A stretch of DNA of 64,000 nucleotides from the human T2T-CHM13v2.0 reference genome, Homo sapiens (GCF_009914755.1 NC_060934.1); one strand, 5' to 3'; positions 1 to 13,529 are shown, counted from the first letter of the stretch. Translations and numbers: made by a program. Notes: generated from the letters alone by a model not told the origin.

Positions 1-1062
1 TGTCTCCATAGTGGGAGAATGATATAGCCCTTGTTGAGAACCACTGCAAAGGAAGGAGAAGTCTGAGATACTCAATACAACCCTTAAAGGTCCATTTTCT
101 GAGCCCTGAAACAACCGTGCTGTACAAAAATCCTTCATTGTGAAGATATTTATACAATTGTGCAGCAGGAATGATAGGTACTCCTTGGAGTTCAAGCGGT
201 CATCACTTTCTACTTAGTGGAGCTGCCCTTCCTTGAGGCTATCATACCACTTCTAGCTGCAAGAATGGTCCTCTACAGTTTAGAATATCTAGCAGGAGGG
301 TTATCTTGTATTGTTTGCTCACTTGAGGTTGGCTGGATAAATCCCATCATTCTTTGTAACCATTATCAACAGAGTCCAAGACATAACAGTACCACCCTGG
401 CTCTCATCACCATTCTAATCTCAGTGTCTCCTAATCTGTCCCAATCTTCCACCCTTCCTGACTGTCTCAAAGTCTTCCACTCTGTTGTCTAGACTAAAGA
501 TGTATCAGCAAACTCTTCTTTACATTCATTCTCAACTTCTTTCAGTGATCCCTCATCTTGCCCTAACTGAAGCCTGGCAGTGTATTCCAGAAACAATACT
601 CCCCATCGCCCTTTCAAGCAGAAGCTATTTTCCCATATGCCACAGACTTGTGGATGGCATACACACCCACTCTCCTTGCTTCCCATTGCCAGTTCTATCC
701 CATTTCTTCTTTGTTGTCCCTTCAAAAAAACACAACCACTCAGAAGTTCACAGCATCACTCTCTCCCTAAAGCTGTCATATACACTCTTTAAGTCACAGT
801 CACAGTGCTGTTTTCTCAACTACCACACTTCTGGCATCATTTTTAATGACAGAATTTACATGGATAATGATGAAATAGCATGACCTTCTCGCCCACGCTG
901 ATCTTTTCCTCTACTCCATCTCAGCCACCACTCCTATGGTTATACTCTAGATTTTGCGTTCACTAATAATTGTGCCACCTCTGAAGTTTAAACTCAAGCG
1001 TGTCCCTCTTTAGCCACCACCCTCCCGACTTGGTTTCACTCACTCAAGCACTCCCAATGTAA

Positions 1063-1507
<445 letters not shown>

Positions 1508-1999
1508 TAATTTTTAATGCCTTCATCCCTGTCTTCCTCCTTTCTACTTGCTGGCCAAACATTGACCCTTGACAAACCCTATCTACCTACTTTGTGCTGG
1601 AACTCAAGTGAATGCTACTGCCCAAGTGAGCTGACTGGTCTCACTTTAAATGATCACAAATATTGAGCCCTCAGCAAGTCTATCAATCCTTTTACATTTT
1701 TCTAAGTTAGCTCTCCTATACCTACCTCATCTCTGAAGGTTCTCCCTCACTCTTGAGGTGATGACCTCACTCATACCTCATAGAGAAAATACAACCATAG
1801 GATAAACTACCTCATCCTGTCATAATCAACTCTTAACGACTGACATGCATCTTTTCTCATTTATCTGCCTTCCTTTCACAAAGGAAAAAAAAAAGTTCCT
1901 GTTGGAATTAGTAACCAATATCTCCATTAAATGGATCCAGGAGAGACATAAAATAGTTATTAGGAGTGAAGTCCTTGAGTAGGAGAGAGGATGGGATTA

Positions 2000-2790
2000 T
2001 TTCATACTTTTCAAATGAAATAATTCTACAAGTTCTAGTAATTCTTGCTTTTATTTGTAGCTTTAACATTTTAATCTAATTTGATTACCTGGGTTATTTC
2101 TATGTCTCTGTTAATTTTTTCCCTAATTATGGGCCATATTTTCCAGCTTCTTTAAATGCCTGATAATTTTTTATTGGATGCTAAACACTGAGCTTTATGT
2201 TGCAGGATCTTTAAATATTCCTTTAAACATTTTTGGCCTTTGTTCTGGGACACAATCAAGTTACTTGAAATTTAGTTTGATTCTTTTGAGGCTAGTACTC
2301 AATCTTTGTTAGGGCAAGTCCAGAACAGTCTTTAGAACTAATCTGGCCTCGGCCTCACTACTGAGACAATAACCCTTCTGAGGGTTCTACTTGATACGCT
2401 GTGTATTGAGGCCTTTCCATTCTGGTTAGTGGGAATGTGTAGCACAGTCTCAGCCCTATGAGCTTCCCAAACTGTTCTTTCTTTCCTCTTGCTTTTCCCT
2501 AGACTTGGAAGTTCCTCATGGACAGGATCAGATCAGTTTTCAGCTAGACACTCGAAGGGACACCCTGTGAATATCTGGAGCTCTTTTTCTGTGCAGCCCT
2601 GGTACTCTGCTCCAAAGTCACTTAGGCCTCCCCACACTCTGAATTCTGTTTCTTCAACTGAAGGAGCTGCCACGTCTGTTTGGAATTTCCCATCCCTGTG
2701 CTGCAATCTGAAAACTCTCAAGGCAGTGAAGTGGGTCAATCTAGGGCTCAGCTTCATTTGTTTCCTTCATTTGTGCCTGATGGAACTTTG
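2000..2790 (-). mobile_element. Old L1M fragment
   Basis: T-rich segment resembling reverse-strand ancient L1. Confidence 0.45.
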
Positions 2791-3944
2791 TAACTAATTT
2801 TTAAAAGAAATCATTTGCTGATCTGGGAGCCTCCTCCAGCTACTCCAGCCCTGTTTTTTTCTCTCTTTCATAGCAGAGCTATTCCAAAGAGTTGACTATA
2901 CTTGCTATGTCCCCTTTTTCATCTTCTATTATTTCTTCTACTCCAGCTGGGCTTTCCTTCTCACCACTCCACCAAAACATGCCAATGGCACATATCTAAT
3001 TAAATTACTTTCCCATACTTTCATCTTCTCAGTGGACATAGTTAACCAATGTCCTTCCTTCTTGAGATGCTTTTATTCTAAAAATGAAGAAAATCTTTTC
3101 AGTAGCTCCTCCTCTGAGTCCCAGAGCACAGCATTCCATGCGATTCATAAGCTGAAGACTCTCAGACTTATAGTACCAACTCATGACTTCCAAATTATAC
3201 ACTTCTAGCACAAACTGCTCTAATGTGCATATTCTCACATATCCAATCAGGACGAAAGAGGCACATTTCAAACTGAACAAGTCCATCCCTTCTACATCCC
3301 CCACCCCTAACTGTCCCTTCCCTGTAAGAGGCCCACTCATCTATCCAGCTGCTCAACTTGGAGGTTCATCCTCGGATTCTCTCTCTCCATCTAGTACATT
3401 CAAATCCACCAGCAAGTTCTGTTGGTTCTGGCTCCTCAAAATATATCTCAAATCCATCCATTTCTCTTCATTTCCACTAGCACCAACCCTACTTAAAGCC
3501 ACCATCATCACTCTTGCCCAGTATGACTCATTCTCCACATGGTAGCCAGAATAATCTTGAAAAACCATTAAATCAGATCATGTCACTCCCTTAAACTCGC
3601 TAATAGCTTACTTCATTTCAACACAGTCAAAACTTCTCATGGTAGCCTAACAATCCCTTCCTGATCTGGATCGTGAGTACGTATGTGTCCTCATCTCCTA
3701 ATCTACAACCCCCTGCTCACTCTGCTCTGAGTACAATGGCCTCCTGTTTCAGCTCAGGCTCTGTGCACCTGTAGGTCTCTCTGGATTATTCCTCATGCAG
3801 ATCTTCCGACGGCTCATTACCACCACTCAAGTTTCAGGCCACATGTTTCCTAACCACCTACCCAAAGAAAATTATCCTTCTCCTTCTAACTAAAATTCTG
3901 TAGTATCTTGTTCCACTGCCACATAAGAACATATGGTGGCATCC

Positions 3945-4115
3945 TCCTGGAGTTTCAGCTACTCAGGAGGCTGAGGTGGGAGGAGCCTGGAGCCCAGGAG
4001 GCTGAGGCTGCAATGAGCCGAGATCACACCACTACACTCCAGCCTGGGCAACAGAGGGAGACCTTGTCTCAAAAAAAAAAAAATAAATAAATAAAATAAT
4101 AAAAATAATAATAAA
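3945..4115 (+). mobile_element. Alu right-arm fragment
   Basis: Alu 3' half with A tail. Confidence 0.85.
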
Positions 4116-4512
4116 TTCTGGCTCTAATCTCAAATTCTCATGACAATAAAAGTTATTTTCTGACTACTGCATCCAATTATATCTTTAAATCCTTTAGAGA
4201 CTGGCTTTTAGAACTTGACCCTTCTTAAACTGGAACCAACTATCCATGCACCTTTACTTCCATGCAAATTATGTCTACATAATATGCAAATGAGATTAAC
4301 TCAAGATTTAATGACTATTCTCTAAACACATAAAATTCTTTTGGAAACAGATTTAAATATAATGGCAACAGAATATTCTCATTACAACAGGAAACTACCA
4401 TAGGCCTACTGCATCTTACAGTCAAGAAAACCTGGGGCATGTGGAAGCAGAGCTAGAGGCTAGAGTAAGGCCTTACATCTAGTAACTCCGAGTTTGATGC
4501 TTTTTCCTATTA

Positions 4513-4697
<185 letters not shown>

Positions 4698-5677
4698 CTA
4701 AGTTAAAATACATAGTTTTTCACAGTCATATCATACAACTCTCTAAGGACACAAAATACATCTAACACTTTTATGTCACACAATCCCAAATACAAAATAT
4801 AATGTTAAGTATCTTCTGAGAACAAAAAGCAAGGCCGTTCTAAAAATTCTATTAGTGTTTGGTAATAATGAAATTCATCTGTACATGATTTTTCATACAC
4901 TGCCTTATTCACTCCTCAGAGCTATTTTGTAAGGTAGCTCAGAAGACTTAAGAAATGCAGAGACTAAAGTTCTTTCAGTGACGTTAAGTGACTTGTCAAT
5001 GGATACAAAATCAAGGTAGGGAAAGTTTCCTTAGGATACACAATTGCTATTTGGATACTCAGAGGATATACAATTGCTACATTATCAAAATAGTTCATCC
5101 CAATATATAAAAAGATTAGAACCTATATTAAATCATTCACAGGACATTTTAAACCTCAGGTCATGTTTGCCCCTAGATTCACTCTAAGGTCACATCCAAT
5201 TTCTTCAGTCAGTACTTGCTATACTGAGGGAAATTCAACCAAAACGATTTGCTTAAATAATCTGCTTTGCAATTCAGCAAGTGATTATCACAACACATAT
5301 CCAAAAACTGAACCAAAACTTTAAAGATAACCTCCATTACAACAAATACTTGAGGGAGGGCTTTATCTTTTAAAAAATTGATTGTATCTGCATTGATCAA
5401 AGCTACACCTCAGATAACATATTATAGTAGATGTAATAAGTACAGCAAGTTTGCTTTTGTTTTTCATATACCTATTACAGCAGGGTTGGTAGATGGAATT
5501 CACTTCATATATTTAAAGGTGCAAAGTTGAGTGTCCACTATATTTAAAATACTGTAAGAACTCAAAATCACTACCTATTATTACAGGATTTAATACACCT
5601 AATCAAGAAAGATTTTCTACAGTTTATAAATGTGTTGAAGGCAACAGTTAGCATCAATAAATTAAAAGCAATTCTAG

Positions 5678-5969
5678 GGCCAGGTGCAGTGGTTCTCGCC
5701 TATAATCTCAGCACTTTGGGAGACCAAGGTGGGTGGATCACTTGAGCCCAAGAGTTTGAGAACAGCCCGGGCAACATGGTGAATATTTAAAAATAAAAAT
5801 AGAAAAAATTAGGCGTGGTGGTGTGTACCTGTAGTCTCAGCTACTTGTAAGGCTGAGGTGAGAGGACTGCTTGAGCTAGGGAGGTTGAGGCTGCAGCTGC
5901 AGTGAGCTATGATCGTGTCACTGCTCTCCAGCCTGGGTGACAGAGCAAGACTTTGACTCAAAAAAAAAC
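5678..5969 (+). mobile_element. AluJ-like
   Basis: Dimer, TSD GCAATTCTA. Confidence 0.9.
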
Positions 5970-6446
5970 CCGCAATTCTAGCAAGTTGTTTAAAACATTT
6001 GAATCCCTTGTCTTCTCATTGATTTCTCAGAATTTGGTTTATTCTTACCAAAAAGTTATTGTATCAATGCAAGTCACACTTCAGTGTTCCAAAAGTCTAC
6101 TTTAAAAGTAAATACATACTCTAGTTGTCTCTGAAAGTATGTCATACTTTCATATCACTTTTGCCCTTAGACACACTCAATTCTTTTTATTCCTGAATTA
6201 CAATATAAAATTCTCATTTCCTTGTGCATCTCTTCTTCTAAGAAGTACAATCACAAATGATACAATTCCATGGTATTATTGCTCCCTTAAAATGCTATCT
6301 TCTGCTTTTAACTAACTGCTGTTAACAATTAAGCATCCTTAACTTTTCAAGAAAATTGAGTAATAAATGTAATCAGAAATCACATCTTTACATACATAAA
6401 AAGGACTCTTGCCATTACTAAGTGCTTTAAAACATGGACACATGTC

Positions 6447-6481
6447 TGTGTGTGTGTGTCTGTGTGTGTGTGTGTGTGTGT
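6447..6481. repeat. (TG)n microsatellite
   Basis: Direct inspection. Confidence 0.95.
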
Positions 6482-8339
6482 ATAGATTCTATGTTTCTAC
6501 CATTACTACCAGTACATACCATGACACAGTAGAATGCAAAATATAAAACTAAAACCCAGCCATTTTTAACAGGATTGGTTGGTATATTTAATCCTGCCCA
6601 CACATTCATGAACCTTTATGCAGAATTTTTTCTCTCGTTTACAAAATTTAAGCTACACTGTAGGCAGTACTTTTAATTAAGTCCTATTAACAGAAAAAAA
6701 TGTAATTCAGTACAAATGCCATTGCTGATCATGAAAAGCACCCACAAAATACCATTAGATACATAAACACATTCAAATGGTATACTGAAACAAAAGTTAA
6801 TACTAACATTTCAGGTGCGTAGGCATGTAAAGTGTTCAAAAGGTCCCTTCTGTATTCAAGAATCCTTAGTCTCTTCCTGGACTGCCTGTCCTTTTTCAAT
6901 TATCCTCCTTTGACTAAGTCTATTTAGTAACTGCCAAACTGAGATAAAACCAAAATGACTCAGTTTGAAATTTATGGAACAGCTGATCTTAACCCCTGGG
7001 CTTTCTGCCCCAGCCCATTACCGATACTTTGAGAAATTGATGACAAGTGTGAACCTTCTCCCTAGAAAAATATATTCTAACATTTTATAGGCATATGGTG
7101 GGAATCCATCACTTCCAGAATTATTTCCACATAATCCTCAGAACCCTAGCTTAGCAACTTTATGCAAAAATACCTTTGGACAGTATAGAAAGCTGAAACA
7201 TTTTATTAATTCTCTTTGATTTTATCTGAAGTAATTGTAATCTAATGCAAAAATCCCCATACTCTCAATTCTTTTCTAATTCAAACTATCTGTAATTAGT
7301 TTGTTAAACTTTGCTTCTACTATAATTGAGATTTCATGTATTTCTCTTCACTTCCAAGAGAGTGGATAGAATGGAGAAATCTAGATTGATCTTTACAGCT
7401 CCAGATAAAGGGACTAAAAATATTGGTTTAAAATATTAAAGGTTAAAGAAAGAGACTGTTGGTTTCTTTCAAAGTGATTTAAATTTAAACTAGGTTTTTA
7501 TTACTAAGTTTTGGAAATGGGGTAACCATTTTTTTCTCATATCAAGGATATGTACATATTTCCCATTTCCCCATAATTAAAAACAAACAACTCCCATCCA
7601 CTTCTTATAAATAGTTCTTAACTTGGGCTTAGTAACAATGTATATTGTGCCAGTAATACAGAAAAGGTGGGAGTATAAAGACCATCCTGTCCTGTTAGAA
7701 TCCTATAGAACCAAGGTGCTGGATTATGGTGGTTAGATCCTACTTGTAACAGTTTCAAAGGTGACTGTAGGGTAGTATCAATATGAAAACATCATTAACA
7801 TCTTAATTACACCAAATCTCCTCCCCAAACCAGTCTAGGTAACAGGAGAGGAAAGGTTAAGTTGCCACCCCCTCATAAATGGAACAACGCACCCTAGACA
7901 ACCCAATGAAAAGTTAAACTACTGTGGAACAGTAGCTCCATTTTGCTAAACATCATTTTAAAATCGACTTTTTAAAAGTGATGTTTCCATAAAGGAGAAT
8001 TGTTAACAACATAAAGCTCCAATTTTAATCAAGAGTCAATTTTAATAAAAAGATTTGATAGTATTAATCCATTTGGTAAGTTTAACCTTTCAATAGAATG
8101 CGAAGCCGTAGCACAAGATTTAAGATTATAAAGATAATTAAATTATAATCTTAAAGTTAACATTGTAAAATATTCATAATAGGACATATGCCCCACACCA
8201 ACCAAGCACTTGTTTAAACTTTTATCTTTTTTTAAACCCCAAAGGGACTCAATTATCTCAGAGCTGAAAGTCTATTATTCGCTGTGATTTAAGTCACATC
8301 TGTACTTCATTAAATACATTGTTTTCATCATCCGTTACT

Positions 8340-8667
<328 letters not shown>

Positions 8668-9642
8668 TAGCAAATTTCGATGCATTACATTCTGCGAATT
8701 CGCATTTAATCTCTAACATCTTTGACCCAGTCAAATCCTTCAATTTACCACAATCTGAAGTTACTTTTTCAGTACTACTACAATTAAAAAAATAGATAAG
8801 TTCAGTAACATTTTCTGCCTCCAAATTATTTTGGGGGGGGGGGTGTAAGGGCTTCTACTTAAAGTTGTTTCTTAAAAAGTCTGCCTCGTTAGGCCCGTGT
8901 GTGCAGCTCATAGTATTAAAACTGGTTAAATGGGAATACACGAATAATACTTATTTTCCCAATGTTAAAAGACCTGGATTTCTGTCAAGTATATCCAGAA
9001 ACAACGTAACAATTACTAGGTGTATTTCACATGACAATTCTGCAGATTATTTTGATCAATAAAATGCTTTAATCAGGTGGTGTATAAAAAAACTGCCCTC
9101 ACCTTTCAGGACCAACATAGGACTACATACTTTTTTTTCTAAGACAGTCAGTTCAGGTTCTAGGTTACAGTGACCTAATAAGATAACAAATAACTAATGT
9201 GTCAGTTAAAGGCAGAAGTTTGCTTTAACCCTTCCTCTTTATTAGAAGTACAAAATACTTCCGCACATCAAAAAGTTTGTTTTTCTATGGAGAATCCAGA
9301 ATTCAATTACCTTTATGTTTAATATACCTTTTCAACACTGCATAACACACTACTTTCAATATTATGATTTACACACCCTACCACTAACAGCATGAACCAC
9401 AGGACTGTAAAGCAGCTTGTTTACCAGGTACTTTTTACATTCTTCCATTAGGTTCAGTGTCTATTCTTGAGGTCTATGCTTCTCTCCTCATACATAGCTT
9501 TGGTTGGATGTGAAGTGAAAAATTCTAAACAGATATTTGGAAAAGGCAATCTGAAGAAAAAAAAAAATCCCTGTGTTTCAAAATTAGGGACTCCACATGT
9601 TACAAACTATTGATAGCCACTGCAGTATAAAATGTCAAAATT

Positions 9643-9945
9643 GGCCGGGCGCGGTGGCTCATGCCTGTAATCCCAGCACTTTGGGAGGCCGAGGCGGGCG
9701 GATCACCTGAGGTCAGGAGTTCAAAAACAGTCTGGCCAACATGGCAAAACCCCGTCTCTGTTAAAAGTATAAAAATCGGCCGGGCGCGGTGGCAAGCGCC
9801 TATAATCCCAGCTACTGGGGAGGCTGAGGAAGGAGAATCACTTGAACTCGGGAGGCGGAGGGTTGTAGTGAGCCGAGATGCTGCCACTGCACTCCAGCCT
9901 GGGCAACAGAGTGAGACTCCATCTCAGAAAAGAAAAGAAGAAAAA
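9643..9945 (+). mobile_element. Alu (S-like)
   Basis: Full dimer. Confidence 0.95.
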
Positions 9946-10528
9946 TCTAAATTATTTCAGCGAATAAAAATTACCCGTAAAATTTAACAAGCACTGATAC
10001 TTCATTGAGCTCAGCTCTGACTTCAGGTTGTAACTCTTGGGACTGTCCAAAGTATTCACAGAAGCAAGACTTAACTAAAGTCTAAAGTGTACTGTTGTGC
10101 TGTCTTGCTTTAATCAAGGCTTTCCCCTTCCTTGGCTGCTGAACAAGAATTACAAATTAATTTCCAGGGCAGGGTAAAACCAACACCCCAATACTTGAAA
10201 GTATTATCTGTAAAACTTAGAAATAAAAATAAAACCAAAAGACAAGATTCTGCAGTCACAAGTACTTTAATTTTTAAAAACAAATCACTTATTAAAAAAT
10301 AAACAAATGGCCATGCTACTCTAAAGTTGATACAAGTAAAATAAATTAAGAGGTAGTGTCTCATGAGACAATGTGCTGAAAGTCAGTGCCCAACTAGACA
10401 ATCTGAGCTACTACATACACTTGGCTTATCTGTAAAGTTAGATTTAAGACACTACTCTCAAAAGTAACATTTCACTGTCACAGCTATTTCACTTTAAAAG
10501 GTTAAACAACCCAAAGAGTTTAAACAGT

Positions 10529-10534
10529 TTTATT
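10529..10534 (-). terminator. Poly(A) signal AATAAA for the candidate intronic terminal exon
   Basis: TTTATT on plus strand. Confidence 0.45.
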
Positions 10535-10668
10535 TCCAAAAACAACATTACAGAGCATAATTTCTACATTAAAAATTCTTACAGTACCAAGAGAAGTATT
10601 ACAGTACAATTTTCCACAACAAAATTGTAGCACACAAATCCACGCGACTCCTGGACTTCCTTGAACTG

Positions 10669-10701
10669 TCAATACACTGCACCCTGTTTAAATGGCTGTA
10701 C
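10669..10701 (-). CDS. EPC1: Candidate alternative terminal exon in EPC1 intron 1, adding VQPFKQGAVY* (61-aa product)
   Basis: Minus strand: branch-point-like TTCTAAT ~30 nt upstream, acceptor CCTTGGTTTTCAG|GTACAG, phase 0 like exon 1, stop TGA 10671-10669, AATAAA ~135 nt downstream. Confidence 0.55.
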   Translation of the reverse strand, partial: VQPFKQGAVY

Positions 10702-11624
10702 CTGAAAACCAAGGTATGCAATTCCTTAGGATTAGAAGTCATCAAGTTATACTGTCAAGGATCTGGGGGAAATGAGAGGAAGATTCTATTATCCTGGTGT
10801 CCGAACCCAACTTCCACAACAAGGTAAAGCCACAGCGATGGTAAAATGTCTATTAGTTGTCAACATTTACGTGCTGAAACCCACCCAATTTAGACATCTC
10901 AATATTAAGATTTCTGTGAATCAAGTCACTTAGTTTTAGTTCGGTTTTGAATAAGAAAGGATCCTCCTTCGAAATTTAGATCTATAAAAGTTACTTAAAT
11001 TGGGTCTTTTCTCCCCCTATGTTGAGATACCAGAGAGCAGGAGAACTTAAATTTATTTTACAAATAGGTAAGGTTACAGGCTTCAGAAGAGAGAGGTACT
11101 CCAAACAAATCTGCAAGATATTCGCAAGGATCACAGAAAAAGTCAGGGATAGTGGTTTATTATCCTCCGACCAACTAGCTCTGGAGAGGGATGGATACAA
11201 ACGTCCCAGAAAGAGGACACTGAAAGTAAGTCTTATCTTCTAGAAAAGTAAGTCGTCCGGGCAAACACGCTGCACCCTCGACATTTCCTTGCAGAGGGGG
11301 AGAAAAGCCTCATAGAGCAGCAGGCGACATGACATGCCCGTCTGAGGCTCCACGTGGGGGCTGCACTGAGCCCAACAAGCTTCCCAGACCATGGGGCAAT
11401 CAAATTCCCCGACTGTGCACAGAACCTGCGCTCCCGGCCCGGGCAGCGGCGCGCAGGCCGCAGTGGCCCTGGAGCGCCACCCAGCGGCCCACGGAGAGGC
11501 CTGTAGGCGGGTCCTCCACGGCTCCCGACTCGCCGCACCCCCACAGCCACCCAGCCCGTTCCCCTCTCCGGATGCACAAGGCCCAACCCAAGAACTAAGA
11601 CACAAAATGGCTGCCGGCAGCTTC

Positions 11625-11634
11625 GTCACGTGAC
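11625..11634. promoter_or_regulatory. GTCACGTGAC palindrome (CLEAR-type / USF E-box)
   Basis: Exact 10-bp palindrome in CpG island; second CACGTG at 11351-11356. Confidence 0.55.
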
Positions 11635-11800
11635 CCCTTTGTGCCTTTCGGGCCCCCGAACTCCGCGGGACCCGGGTACAAGTGGCCAGGGTCAGCGGGT
11701 GGCCTTAGAAGGGGCCCCGCTGGGCCGCGGCGGCCGGGGGTCGAGGCTGGGGGAGGCGGGGTATAGGCCCGGCCGGCGACTGAGAGTCGGCGGCGAAGAG

Positions 11801-11818
11801 AAGATGGCGGCCATTTTG
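11801..11818. promoter_or_regulatory. Back-to-back YY1 motifs AAGATGGCGGCCATTTTG
   Basis: YY1 consensus on both strands; further copies CAAAATGGCTGC 11603-11614 and CAACATGGCGG 12269-12279. Confidence 0.65.
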
Positions 11819-11901
11819 TGTGGGTTTGCTGCTCCGCCGCCGCCGCAGGCAGCAGAGGGAGCGGGCCTGACGGTGGGTCGGACAGGGGAGTTAACACGTA
11901 C

Positions 11902-12054
11902 CGACTCCTCTTCCTTCTCCATTCCGGTGGGCATCTGCGGCACGGCCCTGTTTATCGAGGCGTATTCGTGCAGGTCGGGCAGATCCTCACAGCGGAAAAC
12001 CGGCAGCGGCTTCGAGGCGTCTAGCGCCCGCGCCCGAAACGACAGTTTACTCAT
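11902..12054 (-). CDS. EPC1: EPC1 first coding exon (codons 1-51, start of the EPcA domain)
   Basis: Translates MSKLSFRARALDASKPLPVFRCEDLPDLHEYASINRAVPQMPTGMEKEEES, the recognisable EPC1 N-terminus; 153 nt, ends at phase-0 donor TCG|GTACGT (GT at 11901-11900); lies in a CpG island. Confidence 0.97.
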
Positions 12055-12055
12055 C

Positions 12056-12112
12056 TCAGGCGCAGCAGATACCTCTCCGCTCTGGGGAAACGGCCCCGGC
12101 CAGCGGGATCAT
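12056..12112 (-). other. uORF2 in EPC1 5'UTR (MIPLAGAVSPERRGICCA*)
   Basis: ATG 12112-12110; TGA ends one nucleotide before the EPC1 ATG (TGA-G-ATG). Confidence 0.75.
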
Positions 12113-12253
12113 GGAGAACCGGGGGTTCGGTCCCCACTCGCCAACCGCTGCCGGGGACTTGAGGGGCGGAGCGCAGAGCCCGCCGTCCGGGCACTAACAC
12201 CAGCCGGGAGGGTGGGAGGCTGTGCCGCTCCGCTCCTCTCTCGCTCGCTCTCT

Positions 12254-12283
12254 TCAATACGCCATGGCCAACATGGCGGACAT
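12254..12283 (-). other. uORF1 in EPC1 5'UTR (MSAMLAMAY*), three in-frame ATGs
   Basis: ATG TCC GCC ATG TTG GCC ATG GCG TAT TGA; ATGs at 12283, 12274, 12265; requires a TSS upstream of 12283 for all three. Confidence 0.65.
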
Positions 12284-12616
12284 TAAAACTCCACTGTGCG
12301 CTCTTCAGCCAACCCCAGCCATTCCCCACACTGCATCGCGCAGCGGCGCGGGCACGCGGGCGGGGGGAGGGAGCGCGGGCTCGAGGCCGGCGCCGGCACG
12401 AAGCGCGCGTCCCGCCAACCCCCGGCACCCGCCGGCCTCGCTTCCCGCGCCTCGCTGCTCCGGGCCCCCGCCCTTCGCGGGTCCGGGGGCGGACAGGGCG
12501 GACTGGGCGCTCGGACACCGGGCGCCGGCTCTTGGGTCGTGCTCTCCGGCAGCGCACACGCTCACTTTCTCACGCTCGCTCCCTCCCGGCGCCGCTTTCT
12601 GACGGGCGAACAAGGT

Positions 12617-12625
12617 GCGGGAAAA
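12617..12625 (-). promoter_or_regulatory. E2F motif TTTTCCCGC
   Basis: GCGGGAAAA on plus strand; related TTCCCGCG at ~12442 and ~12841. Confidence 0.5.
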
Positions 12626-13500
12626 CTCTCTCCACCAGCACGCCGCCGTTTGGAAAGGCAGCTGGGGAGAGTGGCAGGCGGGGCTCGGGCCCCGGGCACC
12701 TGGGGCTCGGAGGGCTCGGACCTCTGGGGTGCTCGCCAGCGGCTGCCCCGGGGCCACGGCCGCCCCCACGGGGCTTCGGAGGGGCGCTCCAGAGGCGCCG
12801 CGCGCCGCCGTCTGCCGCGGGGGGCGAACGCACAGCCTAGTTCCCGCGGCGCCTTAGGTCTTTACGATAAAAATACAAACTGAATTAGGGGCAGATGCTA
12901 CTTTGAGTAAACTTTTATCAGCAGTTATTTTTATGTCCTAATGCAACTTTGGATTATAATGTTTTATAGGCACCGCATCAAGTCATTGATCCGTTTCCCA
13001 CGCATTGGGCTTAATATAAATGATAGGTATCCTATTCTACAAAGTAGATTTTTTTAAATCCTGCATTTTCATCTACACATATTTACTTTTTAAATAGTAA
13101 CTGAAGCAAAGGAAATTATTACCCACCACTATAACATTTAAAAGCAAGATCTACTTCAGAATTTAAAGCCAGTTCTTTATATCTAGCTCATGATTCTGTA
13201 CTCAAAGAGACTGCGGCTTCATCATAGCCGTGGGTTCACACTTTCATCATTTGTCCTCTGAAAAACTTTGTAACATTGAATCATATAAAGACCTGTCGTA
13301 CTCCCGCCAAACAAAAAGCTGAATTATTAGATTTAGATGGATATGATAGATGGGTGGCATCGGTTTATATTACACATGAAAATGGGTATCCTGAGATCTC
13401 TTCGTTGTTGTTGTTGTTAATAGGGAAGATTGTTGGGGTGGGTTTAATAAATTGGCAGCCAAATTTCAATTCGAGTTTCAATTTGTATCTTAGTGCACAA

Positions 13501-13529
13501 TTTTGTATCTTGTGCAACAAGATACAAAA
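13501..13529. repeat. Inverted repeat, 13-bp arms, 3-nt loop
   Basis: TTTTGTATCTTGT-GCA-ACAAGATACAAAA. Confidence 0.9.

Larger units (their letters stand above)
11250..12870. promoter_or_regulatory. CpG island / main (probably bidirectional) EPC1 promoter
   Basis: Very GC- and CpG-rich block spanning exon 1, with GC boxes, E2F, YY1 and E-box motifs. Confidence 0.95.

Noticed and set aside
11325-11339. p53 response element (GACATGACATGCCC)
   Set aside because: Overlapping imperfect half-sites with wrong spacing
11692-11901. C-terminal 69 aa of the 120-aa ORF as real EPC1 sequence
   Set aside because: Read-through past the donor into intron 1; it would exist only in intron-retaining RNA
11233-12883. 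Many long overlapping ORFs (up to 218 aa) on both strands
   Set aside because: Expected from stop-codon scarcity in a CpG island; low-complexity R/G/P/A content; only codons 1-51 of 11692-12054 match EPC1
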